NCBI GenBank assembly: GCA_964539925.1
Contig: CAZILB010000002.1
Coordinates: forward strand, 178-64,177
Length of the DNA stretch: 64,000 nt
Origin: an uncultured Syntrophobacter sp.
GTDB lineage: Bacteria; Desulfobacterota; Binatia; UBA9968
Reading direction: 5' to 3'
Shown: positions 48,407 through 58,800 of the stretch, one piece after another
Position numbering within the stretch: position 1 is the stretch's first letter
How the letters are laid out: every line of letters begins with the position of its first letter
Program-made: the position numbers and the translations under genes
The notes under the pieces: generated by a model
What the model saw: the letters and a program-made list of their open reading frames with translations, nothing else
The model's database searches: none
What the model was told of the DNA's origin: nothing

Positions 48407-49521
48407 CGCGATCCATCCGCCACGACTAGAGAAACCTTGAAAATGCTTCCCTTGCCCCGGGTGCTTTCGACTCGAATCACCCCGCCGTGCTCTTTAACGA
48501 TTCGGTAGCAGATCGCCAGCCCGAGCCCCGTTCCGTTGGTTTTGGTGGTAAAAAACGGCGAGAAAATATGCGGCAGGTCTTCCTCGGCGATGCCGCTGCC
48601 TTGGTCGGCCAGATCGATCCAGATGATCCGGCCTGGCCCCTTGCCCCGGCCGCCCACGTGATAATCGGTTTCCAGCCGCGTCGTGACAGTGAGCGTGCTG
48701 TTGGCTTGCATTGCCTGAAAAGCGTTTTTGACCAGGTTCAAAAACACCTGGATCAGCCGGGCGCGATCGCCCCGAATTGGCGGGAGGCTGGGATCAAAGC
48801 GTTTGCGGATCTGAATTGCCTTTTCCTCCGCCGACTGACTCTCCAGCCACAGTACGTCGTCCAGGACTTCGTGGATATTCAGCGGTTCCAGGTTGAGCCG
48901 GGCCGGGCGCGACAGGTCGAGCAACTGTTCGATCAGTTGGTTGACCCGATCGACCTCGCGAATCATGATGTCGGTAAATTCGCGCACCGAGGGATTGCCG
49001 TCGGCGGAACGGCGCAACAGTTGCGCAGCGCCCTTGATGCCCCCCAGCGGATTTTTGATTTCATGCGCGAGGCCGGCCGCCAGCGTGCCCATCAAAGCCA
49101 GACGGTCGGCGCGCTTCAAGTCCTCTTCAAGTTCCTTGCGGTGACCGATATCGCGCGCGAGCAGGATTACGCCCTCGAAGTTGTCGTCCCCACTGTGAAG
49201 CGGCGAGACGGTGACGCTTACCGGCGTTTTTTTCCCCCACCGGCTGACGAAATCGCCCTCGCCGCGGGCGCTCTCCTGGCGCGGCGGGTGCGCTTTCTTG
49301 ATCATTTCGATCAGCCATGGCTCGAGCTTGAAAATCTGCTCCCAAGGTTGACCCGCGGCCGACGAAGACGAGATATCTGTCAAAAGTTCAGCCGCTTCAT
49401 TAAAAAACCCAATCCTCCCCTCGGCGTCGACCGTGACCACGCCGTCGTCGAGATTGGCGAGTATCTCTTCCCAGGAGATTTGCGACAAGGGACGGCCGTT
49501 CGACGGAGCCAAGGATTCCAT
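48403..49521 (-). CDS. PAS-domain sensor histidine kinase (NtrB-like), cognate to the downstream regulator
   Basis: PAS (VVTVDAEGRIGFFNEAAE), H-box LAAGLAHEIKNPL, N/G1/G2 boxes (LVKNAFQAM, DQGSGI, GTGLGL). 4-bp overlap with the regulator gene. Confidence 0.85.
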   Translation of the reverse strand: MESLAPSNGRPLSQISWEEILANLDDGVVTVDAEGRIGFFNEAAELLTDISSSSAAGQPWEQIFKLEPWLIEMIKKAHPPRQESARGEGDFVSRWGKKTPVSVTVSPLHSGDDNFEGVILLARDIGHRKELEEDLKRADRLALMGTLAAGLAHEIKNPLGGIKGAAQLLRRSADGNPSVREFTDIMIREVDRVNQLIEQLLDLSRPARLNLEPLNIHEVLDDVLWLESQSAEEKAIQIRKRFDPSLPPIRGDRARLIQVFLNLVKNAFQAMQANSTLTVTTRLETDYHVGGRGKGPGRIIWIDLADQGSGIAEEDLPHIFSPFFTTKTNGTGLGLAICYRIVKEHGGVIRVESTRGKGSIFKVSLVVADGSR

Positions 49522-49695
49522 GGCGGGGTGTAATCTAAGGACGGATCATAGCAGATACCATCCTACGCGCAAACGCCGCACGGGCCGCGGGCCTTGCGTT
49601 GACGGCGACAACTATGCTAGTAATTAAGCACACTTTAAGCGTTAGCACTCAAAGTGGGCGTTGCCCGCTTTTTTTGTTTATAGGGCCTGAAAAGA

Positions 49696-50163
49696 ATGGA
49701 TGCGACCCTCGGCCGGATATGGGAATTGGCGGCGCCGTTGGCAGAGGAGGAGGGGCTGGAGATCATCGACATCGAACTCAGGCGCGAGGGCAGCCGGGGC
49801 GGACGAGTGCTGCGCTTGTATCTCGACAAAGACGGCGGCCCGAACATGGATGACCTAAGCCGCGTCAGCCGCAGCCTGAGCGAGCTTCTCGATTTTCATG
49901 ATGTCGTCGCAGGGTCTTACATCCTGGAGGTCTCTTCTCCCGGCGTCAATCGTCCGCTCAAGCGGCCCGAGCACTTCGTCAGGTTTGTCGGCAAAAAGGT
50001 GCGCGTCCGTACGCGCGAGCCAATCCAGGGGAGACGATCTTTTGTCGGCCAATTGTTGGAGGTCCGAACCGACGGCATCTCTGTCAATCAGGACGGGGCC
50101 AGATGTGAAATTCCGTTTAGGGTGATCGAACGGTCGAATTACGAGCATGAGTGGAGCGCCTAA
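49696..50163 (+). CDS. rimP: ribosome maturation factor RimP
   Basis: About 155 aa, DUF150 pattern (LEVSSPGVNRPL, RFVGKKVRV). First gene of the nusA-infB operon. Confidence 0.85.
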   Translation: MDATLGRIWELAAPLAEEEGLEIIDIELRREGSRGGRVLRLYLDKDGGPNMDDLSRVSRSLSELLDFHDVVAGSYILEVSSPGVNRPLKRPEHFVRFVGKKVRVRTREPIQGRRSFVGQLLEVRTDGISVNQDGARCEIPFRVIERSNYEHEWSA

Positions 50164-50164
50164 T

Positions 50165-51496
50165 ATGCAGCAAGATCTCAATCGTGTAATTGAACAAGTG
50201 AGCAAAGAAAAGGGAATCGACAAAGCGATTTTGATCAGCGCGCTGGAAAACGCCATGGTCTCGGCGGCGAAGAAGACTTTTGGTCACCAGCGTAAGATCG
50301 AAGCACAGTTCAATCCCGAAATCGGCGAAGTCGAGCTTTTCGAGTCCAAGACCGTTGTCGAGACGGTTCAGGACGAGGCGACGGAAATCACTGTGGGTGA
50401 CGCGCGGGAAAACCTCGATCCGGACGCCCAGATCGGCGACGAGCTTTTGACCAAGCTCGATTCCGCCCTGTTCGGGCGCATCGCGGCGCAGGCAGCGAAG
50501 CAAAACATCGTGCAGCGCGTGCGCGACGCCGAACGGGAGATTATCTATAACGAATTCAAGGGGCGCGAGGGACAGCTGGTCAACGGCATCGTGCAGCGCT
50601 TCGAGAAACGAAACATCATCGTCAACCTCGGGCGCACCGACGCCATCCTGCCGGAAAAGGAACAGGTGCCGCGGGAGCGCTACCGGCAGGGCGATCGAAT
50701 AAGGGCTTATATCGTCAGTGTGGAGATCACCAGCCGCGGACCGCAGATCATATTGTCGCGAACCCATCCCGGCATGCTGATTCAACTTTTTGCGCAGGAG
50801 GTCCCGGAAATATACGAGGGCATCGTCGAGGTCAAGGGCGCCGCCCGCGAACCCGGGGGGCGGGCCAAGATCGCCGTGATTTCGCACGACCCCGACGTCG
50901 ATCCGGTCGGCGCCTGCGTTGGTATGAAAGGCACCCGAGTCCAATCGGTGGTTCAGGAGCTGCGAGGGGAGAAAATCGATATTGTTCATTGGATACCCGA
51001 CCAGGCCGAATACGTTTGCCGAGCTTTAGCTCCGGCCAAGGTTGCCAAAATCATTATCGATGATGAGGATCACACGATGGAAGTGATCGTCCCCGACGAC
51101 CAGCTTTCGCTCGCAATCGGCAAGAAAGGCCAGAATGTCCGGCTCGCTTCCCGGCTCACCGGCTGGCGCATTGACGTGCGTAGCGAGGCAGAGGCCGAGG
51201 CGGAAACCCGCCAGGCGCGCCAATCGATCGGCGCAATACCGGGGATCGGCGACATCGCGTCAGAGCTGCTGTTTCAGGAAGGCTTCAAGTCTGCGGAAGA
51301 CGTGGCGGATAGTGCTCTGGAAGAAATCATGGAAGTCGAAGGTATCAGCAAAGAAAAAGCCGAAGCCTTGCACAAGGCGGCCACAGAGTATGTCGCTGAG
51401 AAACGTAGCAAAGAAGCTGCGGCGGCCGCAGAAGCGGCGGCCGCAGCCGTGGTGCCGGACGCCCCGGTCGAGCAGGAGATCCCCGAGCGCGGTTAA
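50165..51496 (+). CDS. nusA: transcription termination/antitermination factor NusA
   Basis: N-terminal domain, S1, two KH domains and acidic C-terminal repeats. Start at [12 protein letters not shown], 2 bp after the rimP stop. Confidence 0.95.
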   Translation: MQQDLNRVIEQVSKEKGIDKAILISALENAMVSAAKKTFGHQRKIEAQFNPEIGEVELFESKTVVETVQDEATEITVGDARENLDPDAQIGDELLTKLDSALFGRIAAQAAKQNIVQRVRDAEREIIYNEFKGREGQLVNGIVQRFEKRNIIVNLGRTDAILPEKEQVPRERYRQGDRIRAYIVSVEITSRGPQIILSRTHPGMLIQLFAQEVPEIYEGIVEVKGAAREPGGRAKIAVISHDPDVDPVGACVGMKGTRVQSVVQELRGEKIDIVHWIPDQAEYVCRALAPAKVAKIIIDDEDHTMEVIVPDDQLSLAIGKKGQNVRLASRLTGWRIDVRSEAEAEAETRQARQSIGAIPGIGDIASELLFQEGFKSAEDVADSALEEIMEVEGISKEKAEALHKAATEYVAEKRSKEAAAAAEAAAAAVVPDAPVEQEIPERG

Positions 51497-51501
51497 GAGC
51501 T

Positions 51502-51771
51502 TTGTCCAAAGGAAAACATGCGCCCGAGCGCACCTGCCTGGGGTGCGGCGCGCGGGAGAAACAGGCCATCATGATTCGTTTAACCGCCACAAGCGACGGG
51601 GGCGTGATAATGGAGCCGATCCAGGGGCGCGGGGGCTACCTGCACAGGCGCGAGGATTGTTGGAAGATGTTTATCAACCGAAAGAGCCATTTCAGAGCTT
51701 TTCGCAGGGAGACCAGCAGGACCGCCAGGGAAACGCTGGTGCGGCAACTCAAGGCTCGATACGGGGAGTAA
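51502..51771 (+). CDS. YlxR/DUF448 family RNA-binding protein
   Basis: RTCLGCG motif and nusA-infB operon position. 89 aa. Confidence 0.8.
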   Translation: MSKGKHAPERTCLGCGAREKQAIMIRLTATSDGGVIMEPIQGRGGYLHRREDCWKMFINRKSHFRAFRRETSRTARETLVRQLKARYGE

Positions 51772-51777
51772 GACGAG

Positions 51778-54537
51778 ATGGGAAAGACGAGAGTCCATCT
51801 ACTCGCAAAAGAATTGGGCGTCGAGACTAAGGACCTGATCGCTCAGCTAGACAAGCTGGGGTTGCGCGGCCGCAAGGCGCAGAGCGCCCTGGAAGACGAT
51901 GAGGTCGCAAGGGTGCGCACCGCGTTGACCGCACAGGAAAAGCCGCAGGTGCATGTCGGTGAAGAAAAAGTGATCGCCGAACGCCTTGTCAAGACGGAAG
52001 ACGAGACCCACAGCGCCTCTGAGGCGCGCGAAACCGTGGTCGAGCGCCGGGTGCGGGCCAATGTGATTCGCCGTCGCGTCAGCCGGATTGAAGTCCCGCA
52101 AACCGAAAAGCAGGACGAGATCGAGATCCCGGTGCAAAGGCCGGCTGCACCCAAGGGCTTATCAGACGATGAAGCCGCTATAGCTGCCGTCGCCCCGCTA
52201 GAGCCTGCGCCAGCGGAACCCGCCCCCCTTCCTGAAGTCGAGTTCACTGAAGAAGCCGGGCCGGCGCAAAAACATGCCGCAGAGCCAGCGCCGACGGAAG
52301 AATCTGCCGCGGTCCATATGCCGCCATCGCCTGCCCCTGCGCGCCCCGAACCGCAAGCGTCGGTCGCAGCCGATGTGGCGCCGTCGCCGGTTCAGGCGGA
52401 AGCGCCCAGAGGCGGCGCCCGCATTCTCGGGCGTATCGACCTCAAGCAGACCTTGCGCGTCGAACCCGCCCCGACACCAGTATTGCGCAAACCGGCTCCG
52501 GGACCGGCCGGGGCGAGACCCGCAGACGCTGGCGTACGCCCAGCGGACGGCGCAGCCGCCCCTTCCGGCGAGGACAAGCCGAAAGCCGGTCGCCATAAAA
52601 AGCGTGTCGTCAAGAAACAGGACGTGCTGGAGTTTAGAGAAAAAGAGCTGCGCGGCGGCCGCGTTCCCAAAAAGAAACGCGTGCTACCGGGCAAGGAAAT
52701 TCGTAAGACCGAAATCACCGTCCCGAAGGCAAGCAAACGGGTGATCAAGATTTCCGAGGTCATTACCGTCGGCGACCTGTCGCGGGAGATGGGCGTGAAG
52801 GCCGGCGAAGTAATCAAAAAACTGATGGGTATGGGCATGATGGCGACCATCAACCAGGTGCTCGACGCCGATACGGCAACTTTGATCGCATCGGAATTCG
52901 ACCATCAGGTCGAAAACGTGGCCTTTGACGTCGAAAGCGCCCTCGAGTTGGAGCACCACGTCGAAGAGGATCCCGCCGCGCTGACAACGCGCCCGCCGGT
53001 GGTCACGATCATGGGCCACGTCGATCACGGCAAGACCTCGCTTCTGGATGCCATTCGCAGCACCCACGTCACCGCCCAGGAACCTGGCGGTATCACCCAG
53101 CATATCGGTGCCTATCACGTGCAAGTGGACGGGCGCAGCGTGACCTTCTTGGATACCCCGGGCCATGAAGCCTTCACGGCCATGCGCGCCCGCGGCGCCA
53201 AAGTCACTGACATCGTCGTGCTCGTGGTCGCCGCCGATGACGGCGTGATGCCGCAGACGGTAGAAGCGATCAATCACGCACGGGCTGCCGACGTGCCGAT
53301 TCTCGTGGCCGTGAACAAAATCGATCTGCCTAACGCCAATCTGGAAAAGGTGAAAAGAGAATTGTCGGAATACGGCCTGGCCGCGGAAGACTGGGGTGGG
53401 GATACGGTATATGCGCCGGTTTCCGCCAAGACCGGCGAAGGCATTCAACACCTGTTGGAGATGCTGCTGCTCCAGGCCGACATCCTGGAAGTCGAAGCCA
53501 ACCCCCAAAAGCTCGCCCGTGGCGCAATCATTGAAGCCAAACTGGACCGTGGCCGCGGTCCTGTAGCCACGGTGCTCGTGCAGGAAGGGACGCTGCGCGT
53601 CGGCGATGCCTTCGTGTGCGGCGTGTTTCACGGCAAAGTCCGAGCGATGATCGACGATCATGGCCGCAAGGTCGAAGCTGCGCCGCCTTCGTTCCCGGTC
53701 GAGATTCTAGGCCTGCAGGGCGTGCCACAGGCTGGCGACTCTTTCGTTGCCGTAGCCGACGAGGCCAAGGCGCGGCAAGTGGCCGACTATCGCCAGAGCA
53801 AGCAGCGCGAGAGCGAACTGGTAAAATCGAGCAAGGTGTCGCTCGAAGAACTTTACGATCAGATTAAAACCGGCGACGTTAAGGAACTGCGCGTGGTCCT
53901 CAAGGCGGACGTTCAAGGATCCGTTGAAGCGGTTTCCGATGCGCTCGGGCGCTTGTCCACCGGCGAAGTCAAACTCAAAGTCATCCACGGCTCGGTGGGC
54001 GGTATCACCGAGAGCGATATCTTGCTCGCGGCGGCCTCCAACGCCATCGTCATCGGCTTTAACGTGCGGCCGGAATCGAAGGGTGCGGCACTCGCGGCCC
54101 GAGAGGGCGTCGAGGTGCGCTTGTACACGATCATATACGAAGCCGTGGCGGACGTCCGAGCGGCGATGGAAGGCCTGCTCGAGCCGACATTCCGCGAGCA
54201 AATCCAAGGTCGGGTCGATGTCCGGCAGATTTTCAATATCGCCGGGGTCGGCACGATTGCCGGTTGCCACGTCACCGAAGGAAAAGTCGCGCGCGGCAAC
54301 TCGGTACGCCTGCTGCGCGACCAAGTGGTGGTGCACGAGGGCAAGCTCGCCAGCTTGAAACGCTTTAAAGACGACGTGCGCGAAGTCGCCGCCGGCTATG
54401 AATGCGGTCTCTCGCTGGAAGGCTATCAGGATCTCAAGCAGGGCGATGTGATCGAAGCCTTTGAGCGCATTCCCGTGATCCGCCGCATCACCCCGGCGCA
54501 ACCGGGACGCGAAGCCTCGCGCGCAAGCGGCGTCTAG
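51778..54537 (+). CDS. infB: translation initiation factor IF-2
   Basis: 919 aa. Ala/Pro-rich N-terminal linker, G-domain [19 protein letters not shown]-terminal beta-barrels. Confidence 0.95.
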   Translation: MGKTRVHLLAKELGVETKDLIAQLDKLGLRGRKAQSALEDDEVARVRTALTAQEKPQVHVGEEKVIAERLVKTEDETHSASEARETVVERRVRANVIRRRVSRIEVPQTEKQDEIEIPVQRPAAPKGLSDDEAAIAAVAPLEPAPAEPAPLPEVEFTEEAGPAQKHAAEPAPTEESAAVHMPPSPAPARPEPQASVAADVAPSPVQAEAPRGGARILGRIDLKQTLRVEPAPTPVLRKPAPGPAGARPADAGVRPADGAAAPSGEDKPKAGRHKKRVVKKQDVLEFREKELRGGRVPKKKRVLPGKEIRKTEITVPKASKRVIKISEVITVGDLSREMGVKAGEVIKKLMGMGMMATINQVLDADTATLIASEFDHQVENVAFDVESALELEHHVEEDPAALTTRPPVVTIMGHVDHGKTSLLDAIRSTHVTAQEPGGITQHIGAYHVQVDGRSVTFLDTPGHEAFTAMRARGAKVTDIVVLVVAADDGVMPQTVEAINHARAADVPILVAVNKIDLPNANLEKVKRELSEYGLAAEDWGGDTVYAPVSAKTGEGIQHLLEMLLLQADILEVEANPQKLARGAIIEAKLDRGRGPVATVLVQEGTLRVGDAFVCGVFHGKVRAMIDDHGRKVEAAPPSFPVEILGLQGVPQAGDSFVAVADEAKARQVADYRQSKQRESELVKSSKVSLEELYDQIKTGDVKELRVVLKADVQGSVEAVSDALGRLSTGEVKLKVIHGSVGGITESDILLAAASNAIVIGFNVRPESKGAALAAREGVEVRLYTIIYEAVADVRAAMEGLLEPTFREQIQGRVDVRQIFNIAGVGTIAGCHVTEGKVARGNSVRLLRDQVVVHEGKLASLKRFKDDVREVAAGYECGLSLEGYQDLKQGDVIEAFERIPVIRRITPAQPGREASRASGV

Positions 54538-54574
54538 GCAGACGACGAAGCCGCTCCAACCTCAACCTGCCAAC

Positions 54575-54862
54575 ATGGTAGTGGGAGTCCTAAAACTCAA
54601 ACTGCTGATTCCCGAAAATCACTCGCTCAAGGGCAAGCGGGGAGTTCTCAAACGGATTCAGGCACGGGTCGCCGATCAATTTAATGTTTCGGTGACCGAG
54701 TGCGGCGACCAGGATCTATGGCAAAGCGCCGTGCTGGGCTTCGCGGCGGCGGGAACCAGCCGCCCCGTAGTGGAGGCGACGCTGCACAAGGTCGTCGATT
54801 TTATCGAAGCCTTGGGGCTCGCCGACCTAGGTGAATCCGGGTCGGAGTTTTTCCATTGCTGA
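54575..54862 (+). CDS. DUF503 family protein (YlxP-like)
   Basis: LKLKLLIPENHSLKGKRGVLKRI matches the DUF503 N-terminus. Conserved position between infB and rbfA. Confidence 0.75.
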   Translation: MVVGVLKLKLLIPENHSLKGKRGVLKRIQARVADQFNVSVTECGDQDLWQSAVLGFAAAGTSRPVVEATLHKVVDFIEALGLADLGESGSEFFHC

Positions 54863-54904
54863 GAGCCGTGGTTTACAGCGGCGGATGTCGCTCTGCCTGC
54901 TTCT

Positions 54905-55246
54905 ATGGAATATCAACGTTCAGATCGTGTCGGCGACCAGCTCTTGCGGGTGATTTCGGAGCTACTGCGAAAGGACATCCGCGACCCGCGCGTGCGCGCG
55001 GTCGTTTTTACGCGCGTCATGGTCAGCAAGGATCTGCGTCACGCACGGGTCTATTTTAATCTCCTCGACAGCACCGACGGCGGCGACAGTGCCCTCGCGG
55101 GTCTTAAAAGCGCCACCGGTTTCATTCGCTCGAGGCTCGGCAAAGAACTCAGCCTGCGCTTTGTACCTGCCATTGAATTTACCTATGACGACAGCGAGGA
55201 TGAAGCGCGGCGGATCGACGCGCTGCTAAAACAGCTTAAACCGTAG
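54905..55246 (+). CDS. rbfA: ribosome-binding factor A
   Basis: RSDRVGDQLLRVISELL...DPRV...VTRV.VS.DL..A.VY is the RbfA KH-like signature. 113 aa. Confidence 0.9.
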   Translation: MEYQRSDRVGDQLLRVISELLRKDIRDPRVRAVVFTRVMVSKDLRHARVYFNLLDSTDGGDSALAGLKSATGFIRSRLGKELSLRFVPAIEFTYDDSEDEARRIDALLKQLKP

Positions 55247-55306
55247 TCAGCCTCGTTGGGATCTCTCTCGGCGGCTTTGGCCCATTATTCCCGAAATGTC
55301 ACGACC

Positions 55307-56212
55307 ATGACCACGACACGAAGCGGGGTTTTGCTTATCGATAAGCCGGAAGGTCCATCGTCGGCCCAAGTGGTGGGTCGGGTGAAGCGATTGCTGGGCG
55401 CAAAAAAAATCGGCCATCTTGGCACTCTGGATCCTTTTGCTTCGGGCTTGCTTCTCCTCGGCGTCAATGAGGGGACGAAGGTCGCCGATATTTTTCTGGC
55501 CGGGACTAAATGCTACCGCGGCGTGATGCGATTGGGGGTGCAAACCGACTCGCAAGACGCCACCGGCAAGGTGGTGGAGGAACGGCCGGTGCCGCCGATC
55601 GGCGCGGCCCAGTTGCAGGCGTTGGAACAACAGTTTACCGGCTCGCTCCAGCAGGTGCCGCCGATGTTTTCGGCGCTGAAAAAGGACGGCGTGCGGCTTT
55701 ACCGTCTGGCGCGCCAAGGCAAAGAAGTGCCGCGGGAGCCACGATCGATAACCATCTCGACGCTAACCTTGCGCCGCTGCGGCGCTCATGACATTGAGTT
55801 CGACGTCGCCTGTTCGCGCGGCACCTATGTCCGTACTTTGGCGGCCGATATGGGCCGGCATCTCGGCTGCGGCGCTCATCTTAGCTCCTTGCGGCGCACG
55901 GCCTGCGGCGCACTCACCATCGAGCAAGCCGTGACGCTGGAGGAGTTGGAAAAGCGCTGTGAAAAAGCGTCGGGGCTTATGCTGTCCCTGGCCGCGGCGT
56001 TGGCGCACCTGCGCGCCGTTCGATGGCCCAGCCGCACGCTGGCCCGTCTACGGCTTGGACAGCAAGAATTGCTCGGACAAATCGGCGATGCACAACCCGG
56101 CGAGCGCTTGATTCGCGTCCTCGATCAGCGTGGCCAGTTGGCCGCCCTGGCGGAGTGGACCGACCAGCCGCCCCGCGGGCGATGGCGCCTGCTGCGGGTG
56201 TTCCAGGAATAA
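55307..56212 (+). CDS. truB: tRNA pseudouridine(55) synthase TruB
   Basis: GVLLIDKPEGPSS, catalytic GHLGTLDPFASGLL, C-terminal PUA-like region. Start at MTTTRSG; the ORF opens at a TTG at 55256. Confidence 0.9.
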   Translation: MTTTRSGVLLIDKPEGPSSAQVVGRVKRLLGAKKIGHLGTLDPFASGLLLLGVNEGTKVADIFLAGTKCYRGVMRLGVQTDSQDATGKVVEERPVPPIGAAQLQALEQQFTGSLQQVPPMFSALKKDGVRLYRLARQGKEVPREPRSITISTLTLRRCGAHDIEFDVACSRGTYVRTLAADMGRHLGCGAHLSSLRRTACGALTIEQAVTLEELEKRCEKASGLMLSLAAALAHLRAVRWPSRTLARLRLGQQELLGQIGDAQPGERLIRVLDQRGQLAALAEWTDQPPRGRWRLLRVFQE

Positions 56213-56376
56213 CGCAAATTATTGACATCGCCGTTCCCTATCGGATAGGTTTAAAGATCAAACGGTTAATTTTCGAAAACTTCAAGATATCGCCGTTGTT
56301 CGATTTCGCCAGTCATCCCAGAGGCGGAGCGTCACGGAGAATTTGCTAGATAGTCGGAAAGGAATATTGTTAGCTC

Positions 56377-58149
56377 ATGAGTAGTCAAACAGGCTCGGTC
56401 CCGGAAAACACACAGGTCCACAAATGGGTCAAAGAGATCGCCGCCATGTGCCAACCGGAAAGCGTTTACTGGTGCGACGGCTCGGAAGAGGAAAAAGAAC
56501 GGTTGACGCAAGTCGCGGTGCAAACCGGTGATCTGATGCCGCTCAATCAAAAGGAACTCCCTGGCTGCTACCTGCACCGCAGCGCGATCAACGACGTGGC
56601 GCGCACGGAAAACCTCACTTTCGTCTGCACCGAACGGCAAGAAGATGCGGGGCCGAATAACAACTGGATGGCGCCGGCGGAATCCTACGAACGGCTGTCA
56701 AAAATCTTTGCCGGCGCCATGCGCGGGCGGACCCTATACGTCATTCCTTTCTTGATGGGGCCGCAGGGGTCGTCGTTTAGCAAAGTCGGCATTCAGGTCA
56801 CCGACAGCGTCTATGTCGTGCTCAATATGCGGCTGATGACGCGCATGGGCCAAGTCGCCCTTGATCACCTGGGCGCATCCGACGATTTTACCCGTTGTCT
56901 CCACTCCAAGGCGGACCTCGACATTGATCGTCGCTTTATTTGCCACTATCCGCAGGACAACACGATCTGGAGCGTCGGCTCCGGCTACGGCGGCAATGCT
57001 TTGCTGGCGAAAAAATGCCTGGCCCTGCGCATCGCCAGCAAACTGGGACAAAAGGAAGGTTGGCTGGCCGAGCATATGTTGATCGTCGGCGTCGAAAATC
57101 CCGCCGGCGAAATCACTTATATCTGCGGCGCCTTTCCGAGCGCCTGCGGCAAGACGAACCTGGCCATGTTGGTGCCCCCCGAAACCATGAAGGGATGGAA
57201 AATCCACACCATCGGCGACGATATTTCCTGGCTGCGCGTGGGCGACGACGGGCGGCTATGGGCGATCAATCCCGAAGCCGGGTTCTTCGGCGTCGCCCCC
57301 GGCACGGGTTCAAAGACCAACCCAAATGCCATGGCCACGATCAAAAAAGATACGATTTTTACCAATGTCGCATTGCGCTCGGACGGCACGGTATGGTGGG
57401 AGGGGCATGATGACCCGACGCCAGCCAATGCCCACGATTGGCGCGGCCGCCCGTGGGACCCTAAAAGCGGTCATCCGGCGGCGCATCCCAACGCCCGCTT
57501 TACCGTATCCATGAAACAATGTCCGACCTACTCCTCGCAATGGGAAAAGCCCGAGGGCGTGCCGATCAGTGCGATTCTTTTCGGTGCGCGCCGGCAAAAA
57601 CTGATTCCGCTCGTTTTCCAGTCGTTTAATTGGCAGCACGGCACTTTCCTGGGGGCCACTCTCGCCTCCGAGACCACCGCCGCGGCCACCGGGGCCGTGG
57701 GCGTGGTGCGCCGCGATCCGATGGCCATGCTGCCATTTTGCGGATACAACATGGGCGACTACTGGGCCCATTGGCTGTCGATGTCGAAGCGCTTGACCAA
57801 CCCGCCAAAAATTTTTCGTGTCAACTGGTTCCAACGCAACGATCAGGGCAAGTTTATCTGGCCGGGTTTCGGGGAAAATTTACGTGTCCTGCGCTGGGTT
57901 ATCGAGCGCTCCAAAGGCGCGGGTGCCGCACAGGAGACCGCCATCGGCTATGTGCCCAAAGCGTCTGCCCTCAACGGCGACGGCGGCAACGTCTCGAAGT
58001 CCGACCTCGACCAATTGGTCGCCGTCGACCGCGACGGCTGGAAGCACAATCTGAAAAGCCAGGGCGAATACTTCGATACCTTCGGCGACCATTTGCCGGC
58101 CGGGATTAAAGAAGAACACAAAGCATTGGCGATTCGCCTTAAAGGCTAG
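56377..58149 (+). CDS. pckG: phosphoenolpyruvate carboxykinase (GTP)
   Basis: 590 aa. GTP-PEPCK motifs (GSGYGGNALL, kinase-1a FPSACGKTN, WLRVGDDG, FGVAPGT). Confidence 0.9.
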   Translation: MSSQTGSVPENTQVHKWVKEIAAMCQPESVYWCDGSEEEKERLTQVAVQTGDLMPLNQKELPGCYLHRSAINDVARTENLTFVCTERQEDAGPNNNWMAPAESYERLSKIFAGAMRGRTLYVIPFLMGPQGSSFSKVGIQVTDSVYVVLNMRLMTRMGQVALDHLGASDDFTRCLHSKADLDIDRRFICHYPQDNTIWSVGSGYGGNALLAKKCLALRIASKLGQKEGWLAEHMLIVGVENPAGEITYICGAFPSACGKTNLAMLVPPETMKGWKIHTIGDDISWLRVGDDGRLWAINPEAGFFGVAPGTGSKTNPNAMATIKKDTIFTNVALRSDGTVWWEGHDDPTPANAHDWRGRPWDPKSGHPAAHPNARFTVSMKQCPTYSSQWEKPEGVPISAILFGARRQKLIPLVFQSFNWQHGTFLGATLASETTAAATGAVGVVRRDPMAMLPFCGYNMGDYWAHWLSMSKRLTNPPKIFRVNWFQRNDQGKFIWPGFGENLRVLRWVIERSKGAGAAQETAIGYVPKASALNGDGGNVSKSDLDQLVAVDRDGWKHNLKSQGEYFDTFGDHLPAGIKEEHKALAIRLKG

Positions 58150-58165
58150 GCACGGAGGTAGGATT

Positions 58166-58477
58166 ATGGCGCGCGGACATCACGATGTCGGCGGTCTCCC
58201 CGGAGCGGGGCAGATCGATCAAACGCAACATCAGCTTTCCGATTGGGAGATTCTTGCCGACGCCGTCAACCAGGCACTCGGCGCTCGCGGCATCAAGCGC
58301 ACCGACGAAATGCGCCGGGCCCGCGAAGAAATGGACTCCGCAGCCTACCGCGATATGAGTTATTATGAGCGCTGGATTGCCAGCATCGAGACTATCCTGA
58401 TTGAAAAGAACATCCTGACCAGGGAAGAGATCGACCGCAGGCTCGCCGAATTCGAATCCAAGTGGGGCGAGCCGTGA
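58166..58477 (+). CDS. nitrile hydratase / thiocyanate hydrolase beta-subunit, N-terminal-half homologue (split beta, part 1)
   Basis: MARGHHDVGGLPGAG parallels the MNGxHDxGG start of NHase beta. DEMRRAREEMDSAAYRDMSYYERWIASIETILIEKNILTREEIDRR aligns to the beta N-domain helix bundle. GGAGG RBS 7 bp upstream. The ORF ends where a normal beta subunit would continue. Confidence 0.75.
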   Translation: MARGHHDVGGLPGAGQIDQTQHQLSDWEILADAVNQALGARGIKRTDEMRRAREEMDSAAYRDMSYYERWIASIETILIEKNILTREEIDRRLAEFESKWGEP

Positions 58478-58800
58478 GCCCGGCCGGCGTTAAATTCAAA
58501 CCGGGCGACCGGGTGAGAGTCAAGTTCGAGGACCGCCCGGGCCACATCCGCACGCCCTGGTACATTCGCGGCAAGTCCGGATGGATCGAGCGGGTGTACG
58601 GCGAGTTCTTAAACCCCGAGGAACTGGCTTACGGCCGCGACGGGCTGCCCAAGAGGACGCTTTACCTTGTTGCTTTTCATCAGAGCGATGTTTGGGGGCC
58701 AACGGCGGCATCGAACGATAAAGTTCTCGTCGACATCTATGAGCACTGGCTTGATCCCGTCGATGCAAAAGGAGACCGAGATGAACGACCCATTAACTGA
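58474..58800 (+). CDS. nitrile hydratase / thiocyanate hydrolase beta-subunit, C-terminal-half homologue (split beta, part 2)
   Basis: FKPGDRVRVKFEDRPGHIRTPWYIRGKSGWIERVYG...VWGP...VLVDIYEHWLDPV matches the NHase beta C-terminal beta-barrel nearly motif for motif. Probable GTG start overlapping the part-1 TGA (GTGA). An in-frame ATG at 58462 is the alternative. Confidence 0.75.
   Translation: MSPAGVKFKPGDRVRVKFEDRPGHIRTPWYIRGKSGWIERVYGEFLNPEELAYGRDGLPKRTLYLVAFHQSDVWGPTAASNDKVLVDIYEHWLDPVDAKGDRDERPIN

Noticed and set aside
49640-49680. GGGC-gtt-GCCC hairpin plus T7 run upstream of rimP as a terminator or attenuator
   Set aside because: The stem is only 4 bp. It is more likely part of an AT-rich promoter region than a functional terminator.
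56213-56376. AT-rich pckG leader with duplicated ATCGCCGTT motif as a riboswitch
   Set aside because: It matches no riboswitch class I know. It is most simply a promoter/operator region (TTGACA at 56230). Noted only as a probable promoter.
58462-58477. Possibility that the two beta-like ORFs are one gene broken by a frameshift
   Set aside because: This cannot be excluded from sequence alone. However, the GTGA stop/start overlap, the clean domain boundary exactly at the junction, and the existence of split-beta relatives (SCNase, ToyJKL) favour a genuine split. Kept as the refutation condition of finding 1 rather than called a pseudogene.
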